Origin: Felis catus
Taxonomy: Eukaryota
Assembly: GCF_018350175.1 (NCBI RefSeq)
Contig: NC_058368.1
Coordinates: forward strand, 133,550,001 to 133,614,000
Length of the DNA: 64,000 bases
Direction: 5' to 3'
Part shown: piece by piece, positions 26,982 through 39,601 of the stretch
Position numbering within the stretch: the first letter of the stretch is position 1
How the letters are laid out: every line of letters begins with the position of its first letter
Notes under the pieces: generated by a model
What the model saw: the letters and a program-made list of their open reading frames with translations, nothing else
What the model was told of the DNA's origin: nothing
The model's database searches: none
Position numbers and translations under genes: made by a program

Positions 26982-29900
26982 GGGCAGTTGTCCCAGCTTG
27001 GCTGTGGGAAAAAGTGAGCAGTTAATGGCTGAGTGCAGCCTGCGTATTTGAGAACTCAAGATAACATTTTACTCTGGATCGGCACTCTTTTTTTTTTTTT
27101 TTTAATGATACCATTTTAGGGTAGGAGTGAAAAATAACAGCTATATTCTTGGTGTATGGATATGTTTGCAATGTGAGAAATAAGACACACTTGTCCAAAC
27201 ACATTGGAACTTTAACTGAGAAAATGATCCAGGAAATGTTTAAAAAAAAATAGGTATGTGTCCTTCCAGCTCTCCCTCCTCTGCCACTTTTTCTTGTGTT
27301 TATTCAAGTAATTTGGATGCATACCAGAGCTTGGGCAAGCCTTAGAGTATTTCTGATGCCTTGATAGAACATACCGTACAATCTGGGTAGGTTAACATCT
27401 CTTATCTTACGCATTTGAGTAGTCAGTCTGTCCAGAATGCATTTAATCTGGTCACCATCTTGATTTAGTCATGTGATGGGTCCTGGGGCGATAGTTTGTC
27501 AAAGAGGTAAATGGACACATTAAGAGGCATAAAAAGACCTATTTTGTTGCTCTCCATTGATGAAGTCATTGCACATCCTTAAATAATGCTACCTGTCAGG
27601 TTTTTGGACACTTTTCTAAGAAAGGAGAAAAGATGTTGAGAAGATAGCTGTGAGTGCAGCAGGGGCTGACGGAGGACCTGGTGGCTTTGGGAATCAATAC
27701 CATAATTGTGTGCCTGTGCTATAATTTATTAAAGCACCTCAAAATATTTTACAAGTGAGCTCAGGAGTGCTCTAATTTACAAATGAAGCAATTGATGGCT
27801 GACTATAAACTGCTCCTTATACACATTCTTGATCTGTGTTTGAGTCAGGAGGCACAGAACAGCAAACAGCAAAATAAAAAAAGACCAGTGCGGGCCAGTT
27901 GGATAATGGTGTCATCTTCTGCATTAGAACACCGCCGATGAGTATGATTACAATACAGCTGGTGGGTGCCGAGCTGAGTGCGGAGCCACACCAGACCCGG
28001 AAGTATGCCAAGAAACAATCGATAGGAGATGTATTACTGAAAATTAATATTCTGCTGCTGAATTATTCTTATTGATTTAGGGATTTTGAAAGTGGCCATA
28101 GATAATTCTGTGAACAAAAGCATTTGTATTTCTGGAGCAGAACACCAAAATAACAGAGGAAATCCCATCTCTAGCACGGAGCATGGCTCAGGAAACACAA
28201 AACTTGAGTTATGTGTCCTCAGGAGGGCCTATGCCTATTCTTGATGGGAAAGGTGGTTCTCTTGCAAAGCCACATGTGGTAAAGCTTCATTTTCTGTGGT
28301 CAGATCTTTAGTAGAACCTGTGTCTAATCATTAGAAGAAACATTAATAACATGAAAGGAGAAAGGAAAACTATCAGAGATTAGCAATAGAAGGTTCTGGT
28401 TTGCTCCGAAGGGCAGCTGTCCTGCTTTGCCCTTGGAGCACGGTGATGCTGAGCCCCTGGGGGTGAATGTCAGTGGGTTTGGGGAGCTGCTGTCCTTGAC
28501 CATGCCTGACTACCTCTCATACTCCCTTCATTCCCCCTCCTCCTGGTGTTCTGCTTGTCTTCCAATGTCCCCACCTCTCTTGCAGTGAAGGGTATTATTT
28601 ATAGCAGATAAAAGATGAAGCACCGTCCCTGGGTCTCAGTTTTCATGTCTCTAAAATGAAGGGTTTGAAATGATTTCCAGCTCTGAACAGGAATGATTCT
28701 GAGTCCATCTAAGACTGACTGTCCTTAGCGAAGCACTTCCTGGAAAATGTTCATGAGAACTCTCTGTAGTTATAAGAGTTTTTAAAGAACTATAATTCCT
28801 GATAAAAAATATTCTTGAGAAATCTTGCTTAGTATAGGTTATTGACCATTTACCACCTTTTTGTGTGGAGCCTTTTACCTAAAATATTTTCTATTAAGTC
28901 AGAAAAACCCACCATTGTTGTCTGCACTCTATTTCCACAAATAGAGCAAAAAAAGTACAGAAAAGTTTTGTAATTGGTGAATTGAGGTAGAGTATAAATG
29001 CATTTGTTGTTGTATTCTTTAAAATTTTCTGTAGGGTTCAAGATTTTAAAAATAAAATATGGCTAAAAAATGGAGGGTAAAAATGGGCAGGGGTATTTGC
29101 CCTTAAGGATACTAAAACAAATTACAGGAAGTGATTTATTAAATGACTTTCTCAAGGGCAATCAAGAGCTAAGTGTAAGAACCTGGAATACATTCCAGTT
29201 GTTCATCCCCATTCTTGTGCTTTTTATTTTTAGGCCTTGTTTCCTCCCTAAAATAAAGTCAGATGTAGGAAGAAGTTCCCTCCAGGTACTGCTTTTGAGC
29301 AAAAGTTTTTGAGCCTGGCAACATTGCTGTATATTTCTGCTTACAAATTATCCCAATGAGCAAAGCAGGAGATGGGTATCTGTTTTATAAAACTGCTGCT
29401 TGAATGGCACTATGTAGATATTTCATCCATTGAGAAGAGGTGGGTGGTTTTATTCTGAAGCTAGAATTTTCATTTCTGAAAGCTTGAACCAGAAAGAGGT
29501 GTCCATGGCAAACAGTAGTTAGAAGTGAAGGAAGGAATGGTAGATACAAATCTATGCCTAGTGCACTCTTCCATTATTTCCAGAATGGAATGTTCCCTCG
29601 GAAGGGCACTGGGAACAGAAGAGTCTAGAAAGTCTTTATTAATTCTCTCAGAAATTTAGGAGAGAGGTGTTGAATACTCCGTGTGGTCTTCCTGATCCCA
29701 GGCCTTTTTGGGCCCAAACAGGGGCAGCTTTGCGTGAGCAGACAGTGGCACTTACCTGGTCCCTTTCCTCATTTCTTCTCTCTCTTTCCTTCTGGGACTT
29801 CCAGGAAGGAGGGTCTCCAGATATTTTTCAGAGTCTTAGGATGTTACCTGACCTAGTAACAAACTATGAGATGCAAATAACTGTTTATAATTAGCGCACA

Positions 29901-30361
29901 CCTCATTGGTGTTGCGGTGCTTGTCAAAAGCTGAGAATCTTTTACTCTTTATAGTCAGTGCTGGGTGAGCACCATGTGGATCATCAGCTTGGCAGAGAGG
30001 CCATCCCTTTCATCCAGGTCTCAAGTAAGCCCCGTCCTTGCTTGTGTGGACAGTGACTGTGCATGTTTCATGACCTTTGGTTGCCCCTTGTGCTTCATAA
30101 AGTGTGATGAGCAGCTGGAGGCATGCAAAAGACACCCACATTCTGATAATTTACAACCTGACCACCTATAGACCTCTGGCACCATAGATGGGGCAAGCTC
30201 TTTGTTTCCTCTTAGATTACCCTCCTCTGAAAAGTAGTTTCCCTGACCCTCATCTTCATGAACGCAGAGAATCTAGGGTTTTAAAAGCTCAAAGAAAACA
30301 GGGTAAAGTGCACTAATGTAAACTAATGTAACGTGCACTGATGTAACTAATGGTCTATTGT

Positions 30362-30375
30362 CCAGTAGGTGGCGC
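30362..30375 (+). promoter_or_regulatory. Candidate CTCF site
   Basis: CCAGTAGGTGGCGC matches the core consensus CCASYAGRKGGCRS at every position. Confidence 0.65.
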
Positions 30376-30767
30376 ATTAGCAAATCTCATTTGCAACTGA
30401 GAACTAAAGATGTTGAGGGTTTTTTTTTTTCAAAATAAGTTTTAATTATAAACTTTATATACAGATTGTTGTACAATTATTTTAATAAAGTGAAATAGTA
30501 AGTAAAAAGTACAAAAAGCAAAGCTGGCTCCTCCCCTTTACTGAAGTATCAAAGGTTTGTTCATATCCCCCAGTTAGTGATGCAGTAAGTGAACAGTCTT
30601 TAAAATGGTCTCACGGAGACTGTAAATTGCTGCACTAGAAACCTGGACCCCAAACAAATCAGGCCCGAGTTACCACTGCCCAAATAATTGCCCTGCAAGA
30701 GTGAACACTGAGGAGCCAGGACCTTCCAGCAAACATGGGCACCCATAAAAACATGGTTGAAGTTATT

Positions 30768-30777
30768 CTAAAAATAG
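30768..30777 (+). promoter_or_regulatory. Candidate MEF2 site
   Basis: CTAAAAATAG, the canonical MEF2 element. Confidence 0.4.
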
Positions 30778-32619
30778 CGGTAGTGTAGCAAAATCTCTCC
30801 CACCTCCAATTAAGTAACAACAGGATGATGTGCGAACTCTAAAACACGAAGTTAGAGCATAAATAAATGGTGCATATTGCATTGAGAAGTGAGCCCTTCT
30901 GTTTCTTCCAACACTCAAACTGCATTTCAGAGTACGTGTGGGGTCACTTGCTTGTGTGTGCAGAGAGCTGGTTCCACCGTCCCACACTGATGGTCCATCC
31001 CACGTGGAGTTACTGATCCCTCGAGTCATAGAGGATCCTAGGGGCCTTGTGCATTGCCGCCAGTGACGCCATTGACTGCCTCCTGTGGGCGTTTGTGTCC
31101 TTCCGGGCCTTCAGCTTCAGGGGCGTCAGGCCCTCCGCCCCTGGTGCTGCAAACTGCAGGGACATGCCTTTGGCGTGTGCGTTTCCTCCTCCGGGATCTG
31201 CACAGTCGAAATGTGCCCAACGTCAATCTCATGGTGGCTGTCCCCATCCAGAAACAAGACGCATCCATAATGCATGTTAAGGGAAAGGCATACCCTACAT
31301 TCAAGGTGGTTTACTAAGTCAAGTGGAAAAAAACAATTGGACTACTGAAGGCTAATTTTCTGTTAGCAAAATGGCAGGAAGAACTTTTTAAAAGCTTGTG
31401 TCTGGTTGAAATTAAAATGCTTTATCATGTCACATGGAGACTTGTTCCACATTTGGGCTGCAGATCACTGCTGGACGTTAGAGAATATGTTAATCTTGGT
31501 AGTATCTTGAGTTCTAGGGAATAATACATGGTAGGTGTTTGGGTATCTTAGGCTTATGTATTTGAATTATGTTAAGAAAATGTTGAGTGCTTGAACAGCT
31601 GGGGCCATGCTTTCCAGTGACTTTAAAAAAAAAAAAAACATTTTAGTGGAACCTGATAGGTGTAACTTCTTGAAGAAATCAACTTCATATTACTGGAATG
31701 CATTATTAGAAACTCTACTGCATGTGCGATTAAATACCACTGCTAAACGAGTAACTCCATGCTAAAAGTCTATTAGTTACAGTTTTTATACTCAAAGATG
31801 GTTAAAGATGTTTCTTCAGAAGCATGCAAAGGAAGTGACTTTCTCACTTCTTAAATGCAAGTATCCCCTTGTGAAACTGGTACATAGCTCTAAAACCTGT
31901 ATTTCAGAAGACAAGTAAGGATTGAGAGAAAATCCTGCTTTCCTGTAACACATTAGAATTTTATTACATATTTTCCCTAAAGAAATCTATATTGTTACTG
32001 ATGGCTTAGACTAAGGAATCTCTCTGTATTGTTTCACAAAATGGACCCAGATTTGATCTATTAATATTTTCAGTAGGTAAAACAGTCATGATATGCATAG
32101 GCTATTATATATACTTTTCTTTAGAGGATAGTTAAATGATATAATGAATGGGCTTTTCACAGATGTCCTTTTCTCGGGTCTCAGAGGAGAGTGGTGACAG
32201 GCATTCACAGTTGTCAGGTGAGCTGTGAAATCTTCACTAGTTTGGGTAGCACTGGAGAAACCTCAAGAGGAAAAGCTGAAGAATCCTGTTTGCTTTCAAT
32301 AATTGAGTCATGTAATGTGTTTAGTAAGGCCAAGGCCGAGAGGACTTATCCCGTTCACTGAACTTCAATTCTAGAGGAAGATTGTGCAAAAAGTGCCTTG
32401 TCTTTCCATGAAAATGTTAAGGCTTTGGTGAAAAGAGATTAAAGTCATATTCTTTTATAGCTACAGGAATTGATCCTTCTTTTCCTTTACTGTTTTCCAT
32501 CATCGTCTCCCCCAGCCCTTTTCTCAAGTTTTATAATCTCTTGTGTGGAAGATTATAGGAACTCCATAGTAAGAAGTCCCCTACTACCCCCTGGCTTAGT
32601 ACTCCTGTGCCCTTTAGAC

Positions 32620-32795
32620 CCATGGTTGCCTGACTTCTCCGTACAGTGCAATCACCTGGAGAGCTTCAGAAACTACTGTTGCCTGGGGCCCACCCTGGGA
32701 GATTGTAATTGAATTGATCTGGGTGTGACCTTAGATTTTGGAATTTATAAAAGATCTTCCAGTGATTGTAATGGGCAGATAAATTGGGAAATCTC
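32620..32795. mobile_element. MER5-type hAT DNA transposon relic
   Basis: aatcacctggagagctt...gggcccaccc...aattgatctgggtgtgacc...agtgattgtaatg resembles MER5. Confidence 0.65.
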
Positions 32796-33029
32796 CCTTA
32801 TTCTCTGCATGCCTTTTGAGTTCATCTATCCTTCATACTTGGGCAGAGCAGCTCCTTGAATTTATGTCTTTGTGTCTCTACTGATATCCTGTGCTTTGTT
32901 TCTGTGTCTGGGGATCCCATGACTGCGTTCGTGTGGGGCTGAGTCTTTCTTTCCTTCTCGTGTTCTCAGCATTCATCATAATGCCTGGCTTATAGTCAAT
33001 GTCCAGCAGTTGGTTTTTGAATCAAGGGG

Positions 33030-33031
<2 letters not shown>

Positions 33032-33072
<41 letters not shown>
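33032..33072 (+). repeat. (CA)n microsatellite
   Basis: About 20 CA units. Confidence 0.95.
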
Positions 33073-33073
<1 letters not shown>

Positions 33074-33981
33074 GATGTAAACAAATTGATTCACATGCTT
33101 CTGACTCAGGGCAGTTGTATTGCCCAGGTAGATATTTCTCCTTTACTTGAAGAGCACAGATTTTCTAATCTGCTTTCTTTGCTCAAAGCAATGATAAGTA
33201 TATAAAATTAAAGAGGAATGTGTTCTGTTGTGTGGTATTAGCTAAAGTCACAAAGGCCAGCTTTAGATAAGAGGACAAAGAAGGGCTAAGCCTGTATTCA
33301 ATAAAGCTCAAGGAAATGATTGTCAAATGTTGTCAGTTTCTAACAGAATAATTCCCCTATGGTCTTACTTACAGAATATTAATTTATCTAATTGATGATA
33401 ATCTGGTCAATTTATTGTAGCATTAAAAATGCAAAATAGTTACCACACCACAATATTCACTGATGTGCCTGAGACTTTTTAAATTTTATTTTATTAGGTG
33501 ATAATGGGAGGCATAATTGTTAATGTTCGATTCTGGCAAAATACAATTAGTTTCTGTGAAACACATTGTGCATTAATGATATCATTAAGATTAATGGATA
33601 TAAATGAATGAGCAAAGGATCTCAAACAGGACGTAGTGACTTTATATCAGTCTGTAAAACTTGAGATAGATTCCCTTGATTTTTAAGGATAATGTGCTTG
33701 AGCTGCGTTCTTAGATAGACTACAGAGAAACTAAATCTAAGAAATTAAATCACCTCTCAGCAAGATAAGTTTTCAAACATTTACTGTCATGTTTTGAGAA
33801 TATTAATTTTTGTTAAAGCTACTCCTTAGTTTTACTTAAAGAACTATTTTAAAGACAACTTTTAATAGCAATTTCCAGGTCCTTTGTATATAAAGGCTAT
33901 GTATATTTCGTTGTTGACAAAACCTAAAGGTAATGTATCACTGTTCTTTGGAATTAGATATGATTTCATGGTGGTCTTTGT

Positions 33982-33996
33982 AGAACAAGATGTTCT
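33982..33996. promoter_or_regulatory. Perfect palindromic steroid response element (GRE/ARE/PRE/MRE class)
   Basis: AGAACA-aga-TGTTCT, embedded in 10-bp inverted arms (33978-34000). Confidence 0.5.
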
Positions 33997-36900
33997 ACAA
34001 TAGAAATTTATTGCATTTATCGTATTGAAATATTAAGAAAGGTAGACAAGTGTTTTGACTTTTCTTGAGCTAAGAGAAGGAGAAAGAAAAAAAACAGAGG
34101 CTGCTCATCAAACTCTTCTGGAAGAGTCACAGACTAAATGTGTGACAGAATCCCAAGAATCACATAGTATTTTGGATATAAATGCATGACTGTATGTTCT
34201 TGAAGTGTAGGACACTTAACCCCTAAAACAAACAAACAAACAAACAAAAAAGCAAAAACAAAAAAAAGAGTTTATCTGTCACCTGTACAGTTGAAATTTA
34301 AACACTGTTTTCAACATCATTTTTCTGATCTAGGTAGACATTAATATTGTGTGATTGGGCACTGCTTCATGTGACTTCTCCCTGAGTATTTATCCTTGGC
34401 CTGACCTTCATTTAGTCTTCTGTTCGTCCCCCTATATGCATATCCAAACATGGGTATGCACACATTTGTTTTTTATTTGTGTGTCTCTTTGAAGGTCTGG
34501 CAGGGGAGCTCTTGCCCTTGGATTTCTGTTAAAGCATCCGTGGGATGAATGGGGATGGCAGACGAGGAAAGGGGAGGTGTTTTGGAGTTTAGCTGCTGTC
34601 TGGGCATTGGTCTCTGACTCAGAAGTTCCAATCCTTTGGTTTGCTCTGCCTTTTTTTAAACTGATTTAGGACTTTGGGCTCTTCTGTTAATCTCATTGCC
34701 TCACTTTCCTTGTTGGTAAATTGGGCCAGTCTCTTGCCTTGCTACTTTGCAAGAAACTGATGAGGATTAATGCAATAGACTCTGGAGCACATTTTGTGTT
34801 TCTCTGAAGAGCACGTTTAAAGGGAAGAGTTCGTACCGTCGAAAAGGGAGAGTTTCTCGACAGAGTTCGTACCGCCAAGAAGCAGTGTTGTATCATGTTG
34901 CTGTGTTACGCGGCCATGTCCCAAGGAGTACTCCTTGCCGTTATCCGAAAAGGAGTTGCTGGAAGCAGCTCTATGTCTGTGCCCGTTGAGTTGAATGATG
35001 TGTTAGTGCAGGGTGATGGAAAGAAGGGCCAACCACATGTGGGGTTCAGTGGAGTCACTAACAGGTTTCACACACAACGTCTGACTTAGATATGCTTGCC
35101 TGAAACAGGCTGAGGTGTTTCTTAATACCCTTTTGTGTGTACCTCTTAGCCTTACTTAGCTCCAAAGTATTTGTGGAAGAGACACCAAAAGTGCTTGGCT
35201 ACGTGCGCACGATGCAAACAAGACCTAGAAGAGGTTCCCATTCAAAACCTCAGGATTAATCTACGTTGGTGTCTCAAGGTAGAGTCAGGCTGTAGATATG
35301 ATTGTAGGGTTTAAAGCAGTTAGCTTGCACATGGCTCTTCATGTCTGTATCGTAAGCGTGTCAGTATAAACATACAGACCTAGAAAGAATGCTTACTACT
35401 TCATGTGTGCAGTCCGACCCTAATTTCATTGAACATGCTGTCCTTGGTCACTCAGGTTCTAAATTTCACAGTGACTAGCTTGGTTTTTCTCCTTAGAAGA
35501 TTTTTCCTATCCCTCCCTCCCCCACTGCCTTGTGCTTACTTTTATTTGAGAATTGTAGCTAGGTTAACATTACACTTAACCTAGATCTTAGCTTCCTGTC
35601 AGTGTGAGATTAAGAAACAGTTTAGTGTGCGTGGTCTGAAAGTGCTGTTGTAATCTCTGATTCAGTAGCTATACTTGAAATAGGGACAAGTCAGTTCCAA
35701 ATTTTTCAAAATTATCTTGCTTCATTTTTTATCTCTAGGTATATCTGGTCACTTTAGGAATAATTGTAGGACTGTCTCTTTGCTTCCAAAGCTCATGAAA
35801 TATTTAGTTGATTCCAGGAGTGTTATCATTTACATATATACCTACTGACTTACTTGTTTCTAAAGTTCATCTGGTTGATAGGCCTCCTGTAGAGTCAGGA
35901 CTGCCAATGTCACTTCACTCATCTACTCTGATCTTGATAGATCTATTAATATTGAAATACAGGAGTTTGCTAACCACTGGTTCACACTCCCAGTGTTAGC
36001 TGTGTATCATTTAGAGATGAAGGGGCATAATTGAAAAAAATATATTAGAGCTATTTCCAATTGTCAGATCTTCATAAATGCTCTCGTATGAAAAAAATGA
36101 AGTTGTATTACCCAGTTTTATTAGAAATGCTATATTTTGCTGGATCCGTGTGTTCGCAAACTAGAGAATATTTTCCTGCTGTGATTGATGTTAGGGCATT
36201 TATGGGGATAGTCTGCTATATTTCATATGTATATGAGGATGTCATTGTTAAAATGTTCAAAAGAAAATTATGTATGTGATTTATATTTTATTATTTCCTT
36301 CTAGGATGTAATTTTTTCAATACCGTGATTCCTGTCACATTGTCAGTAGTGATTTGATGGGTAATATGCCAGAAATAATTAGATAAAAAAAAGGTGACGC
36401 AAACGTCAAGACAATATAGCTTTCTTATGAAAAGCCTTGAGCGAAATCATGCATGTTACATTGTAGAAATCACCAATTGCATACATTTAAAGAGTCTTCA
36501 GGATTACAGGCGGGATGGAAAATGGAGCTAAATGCAGGCAGCGTGGGATGCAGCATATTTTATAGGCATATGCTTGCTGCTGACCCCCACCTGCAATTTC
36601 TGCTAAATGAAACATGTGTTTTAGAAAATGCTACTCTTGGATAAATTCAGACTTTGGTGTATCGTCAGTGGGAAGGTGTTAGATCCCTCCCCTTTCCTAG
36701 GAGTAAGAAAAATTCTGTCTTTCTCTAGAAGGCAGGCAGCCCATCCTTTGTTTTAGTCCTCTTCCTTACAGGTTTGAAAATTTTGCTTTGGGGAGAAAAA
36801 GACATATAGTGTGAAGTAGTTCTTTACCTTTGTTGACCGTAGAGATTAGAACTTTATTTTAAAATTTCAGATGACGTTTAAAATCTAGGACAAGGGAATT

Positions 36901-38349
36901 CATGATTTCAGTGTTGCCTCCTGAGCATAATATCTCCTGGGACTTTGAACAGAATGGAACCTGCATCCAGGTGTCTTTTTACTTTTTGGCCATTGATGAC
37001 ACTGGTGATATATATCTGGTTCACTTGCATGCTACTTTAATGAACAACAAATATTGCTAGAGATTAGACAGGAGCAACTTCAGACAAGAATCTTGTCATA
37101 TTACAGTATTAATATTAGGCACAAAGAAAGGTGAATGTCCTTTGGAGCCAAGTATGTAACCTGTTCTCAGAGTTGGCACGCAGACTGTGGTGTGCGTTTC
37201 GGCCCCCGCGCTTCAGCCCACCCCTGGTGTCAGCATGCTTGCTGCTTTCTGACTTGGGAGAATGGCAGTGAGAAGCAACTGCTGGGGAGCTGAGCTGTGT
37301 CCTCTGCCTCTCGCGTGTTCCTGCGCAGGGCGTAGGAGCCTTAAAGCCAGAAGGTGGCCGAATGGTATGTGTTGTTGATACTCTGCAGGCTGATGTGGCC
37401 TGAAAGATAATGGAAGAGGAAGGAAAGTGTGGACACATGGCTATGGGGCCAGGAGGCCCTTCCTGAAGGACAGTAGGGTCAACTTCCCAAACTTCCCAAT
37501 TTCCTCCTTTCCCTATCTTCCTGATCTGAAGCCTATTGTCATATCTTCAATTTATGTGATAGAAACTGAAGCTCCAGGAAGTTAAGGGACTTGCCCCAAG
37601 CTACCAGATTCCTCTTTGGCAGAGCCTGGGCAGGGACGGCTCTCTGTGCAGGGTCCTTTCTGCTGAGGATGCTGGAGAGTCACGACTTCCAGAAAATGAA
37701 GGGAAGTTTCAGTATTGCTCCGAACAGGCTGAACAGCCTCACCCTGAGTCATTTCACCTAAAAGGAAAGGGAGATTAAAGGAGTGCCTTCCATGGTAAAT
37801 TCCAGAAAAGATGAAGAGTATTGGACCAGGAAATTAAGAGCTGCCAGAAAGCCCCACAGGTGAATGGGGGTGTGTATCATGCCTGATGCAATAACTGAAA
37901 GGTTACCTTTGGTTGTGTGGAATTTACATGATTGTAAAAATATTACGCTGTATTTAGAATTGAATCGTTTTGGAGCCGCCAGAAGCGTAGAGAGTTGATC
38001 AAACTCAGAGGGAGTCCCCTGAGGCACAGAGACATCTAAGAAGAAAGCAGAGCCCATCCTCCATAACTTGTCTCTGGCTGCCCTCTTCTTCCTCCTCCTT
38101 CCCCAGGGGTCCTCTCCAGCTTCTTTCTGAAGCAGTGGAAACCCTGCTCCTTTGCTCTTTTAGAGACACATGGCCTGTGGAATCTGACATTCCTTAATGC
38201 TCTTTCTGATGTGTTCTGACCAGTGACACCTTACAGCGTGGTAGTTTTAGGAGCTAAAAATATCTGACGCCTTCCATGTGTTTTCATTCACCTTGGAAGT
38301 CCTTTTTCCTCCTTTGCGTAGACCCAAACAGGCAATAAGGTGGTTGGGA

Positions 38350-38585
38350 ACCAAAATTGGAGAGTCAGCCTGAAAGAGCCGGTGTCTCAGTCTGCCTTTC
38401 CTTGACTGTGTGATCTTAGGAAGTTACTTGACTTCTCTGGGGGTCAGTTTCCTCATCTGTAAAATGGGGATAATATCTATTTGATATAGTTGGTGTAAGG
38501 ATTAAATGAGATGAACTGTGTAAAGTACTTAGAACAGAGATTGGCACATAGTGTGTGATCAATAAATGTTGACTATTATTATTTA
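38350..38585. mobile_element. MIR, well preserved
   Basis: tcagtttcctcatctgtaaaatggggataata...aggattaaatgagat...aataaatgtt. Confidence 0.85.
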
Positions 38586-39370
38586 GAAGTAAAACATGGA
38601 GGAAAATAAAGTGCAAAAGTTGGGGAGGAATGTAAATGTAAACATGGGAATGTATTTTTGAACAGATCTCCCAGCCACATTGGTCATTGGCATTCAGGGT
38701 TTACATTGCAGTATGATTATATTCACAATAATGGAGAGTTGTATGCATTCTCGGGAATAGCCTGTTTCTCCTTTTAAGTTTTTATGACTTTGATATTACT
38801 TTTTCTTAAATACAGACACGGTCATTGGCCATTGACATTGACCTTATGAGTGGAAAAAGTAATCAGTTAGTGAAGAAGGATTTGTCTACTTGGCCACATA
38901 CACTTAACTGGCCAATGCACATACATAAAAGATACATGCATCCTTGGTCTGTTATCTAAAAGTAACAGACAGGCTATGGTGGTTAATGCATTTTGTGGCT
39001 GTTTGTCTACCTTACTCAAGCAGAAGTAGTGATCACTGCCACACACGTGCAAGAAAAGACGGCACGATCCCACCACAGATTGTGCTGATAGTACTAGAAA
39101 TCATGTTTGGAGTATCCTGACCACTCTTACTGATGGGATGAGGGACAGGGAACAGTGGCATTCTTCTGACACTGCTCTCTGTGGCTGATGTGAAGGGAGA
39201 AGCCTCTTCCTCCACCAGGAAATGGTTCTCTCAGTCCTCTCTGATCTGGGCCTCCTTAGCTTGTGTGTAGGTGGTCCCAGGGCCAAGACTGGTTGCTGCT
39301 GGTAGGGAACGGATTAGGTCGGTGGGGTGCGATGGGCAAGATTAAGTTTGGAAACTTCTGCTATCTTAGG

Positions 39371-39601
39371 AATGTATGCATGTATATATGTATGCATGCA
39401 TGTATTTATTTACTTATGTAAGAGAGAGAGAGAGCATGTAGGCAGGGGAGGTGCAGAGAGAGAGAGGAGGACAGGGGATCCAAAGTGGGCTGTGTGCTGG
39501 CAGCAGTGAGCCCGTTGTGGGGCCTGAACCCACCAACCAACCATGAAATCATGACTGGAGCTGAAGTCAGACACTCAACGGACCGAGCTACCCAGGCACC
39601 C
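39371..39601 (-). mobile_element. Can-SINE
   Basis: TSD ctatcttagg at 39361 and 39602. The tail has decayed to (TGTA)n. Confidence 0.9.

Noticed and set aside
34826..34874. Direct repeat-spacer-repeat as a CRISPR-like array
   Set aside because: Only two 13-bp repeats, in a mammalian intron, with no cas genes.
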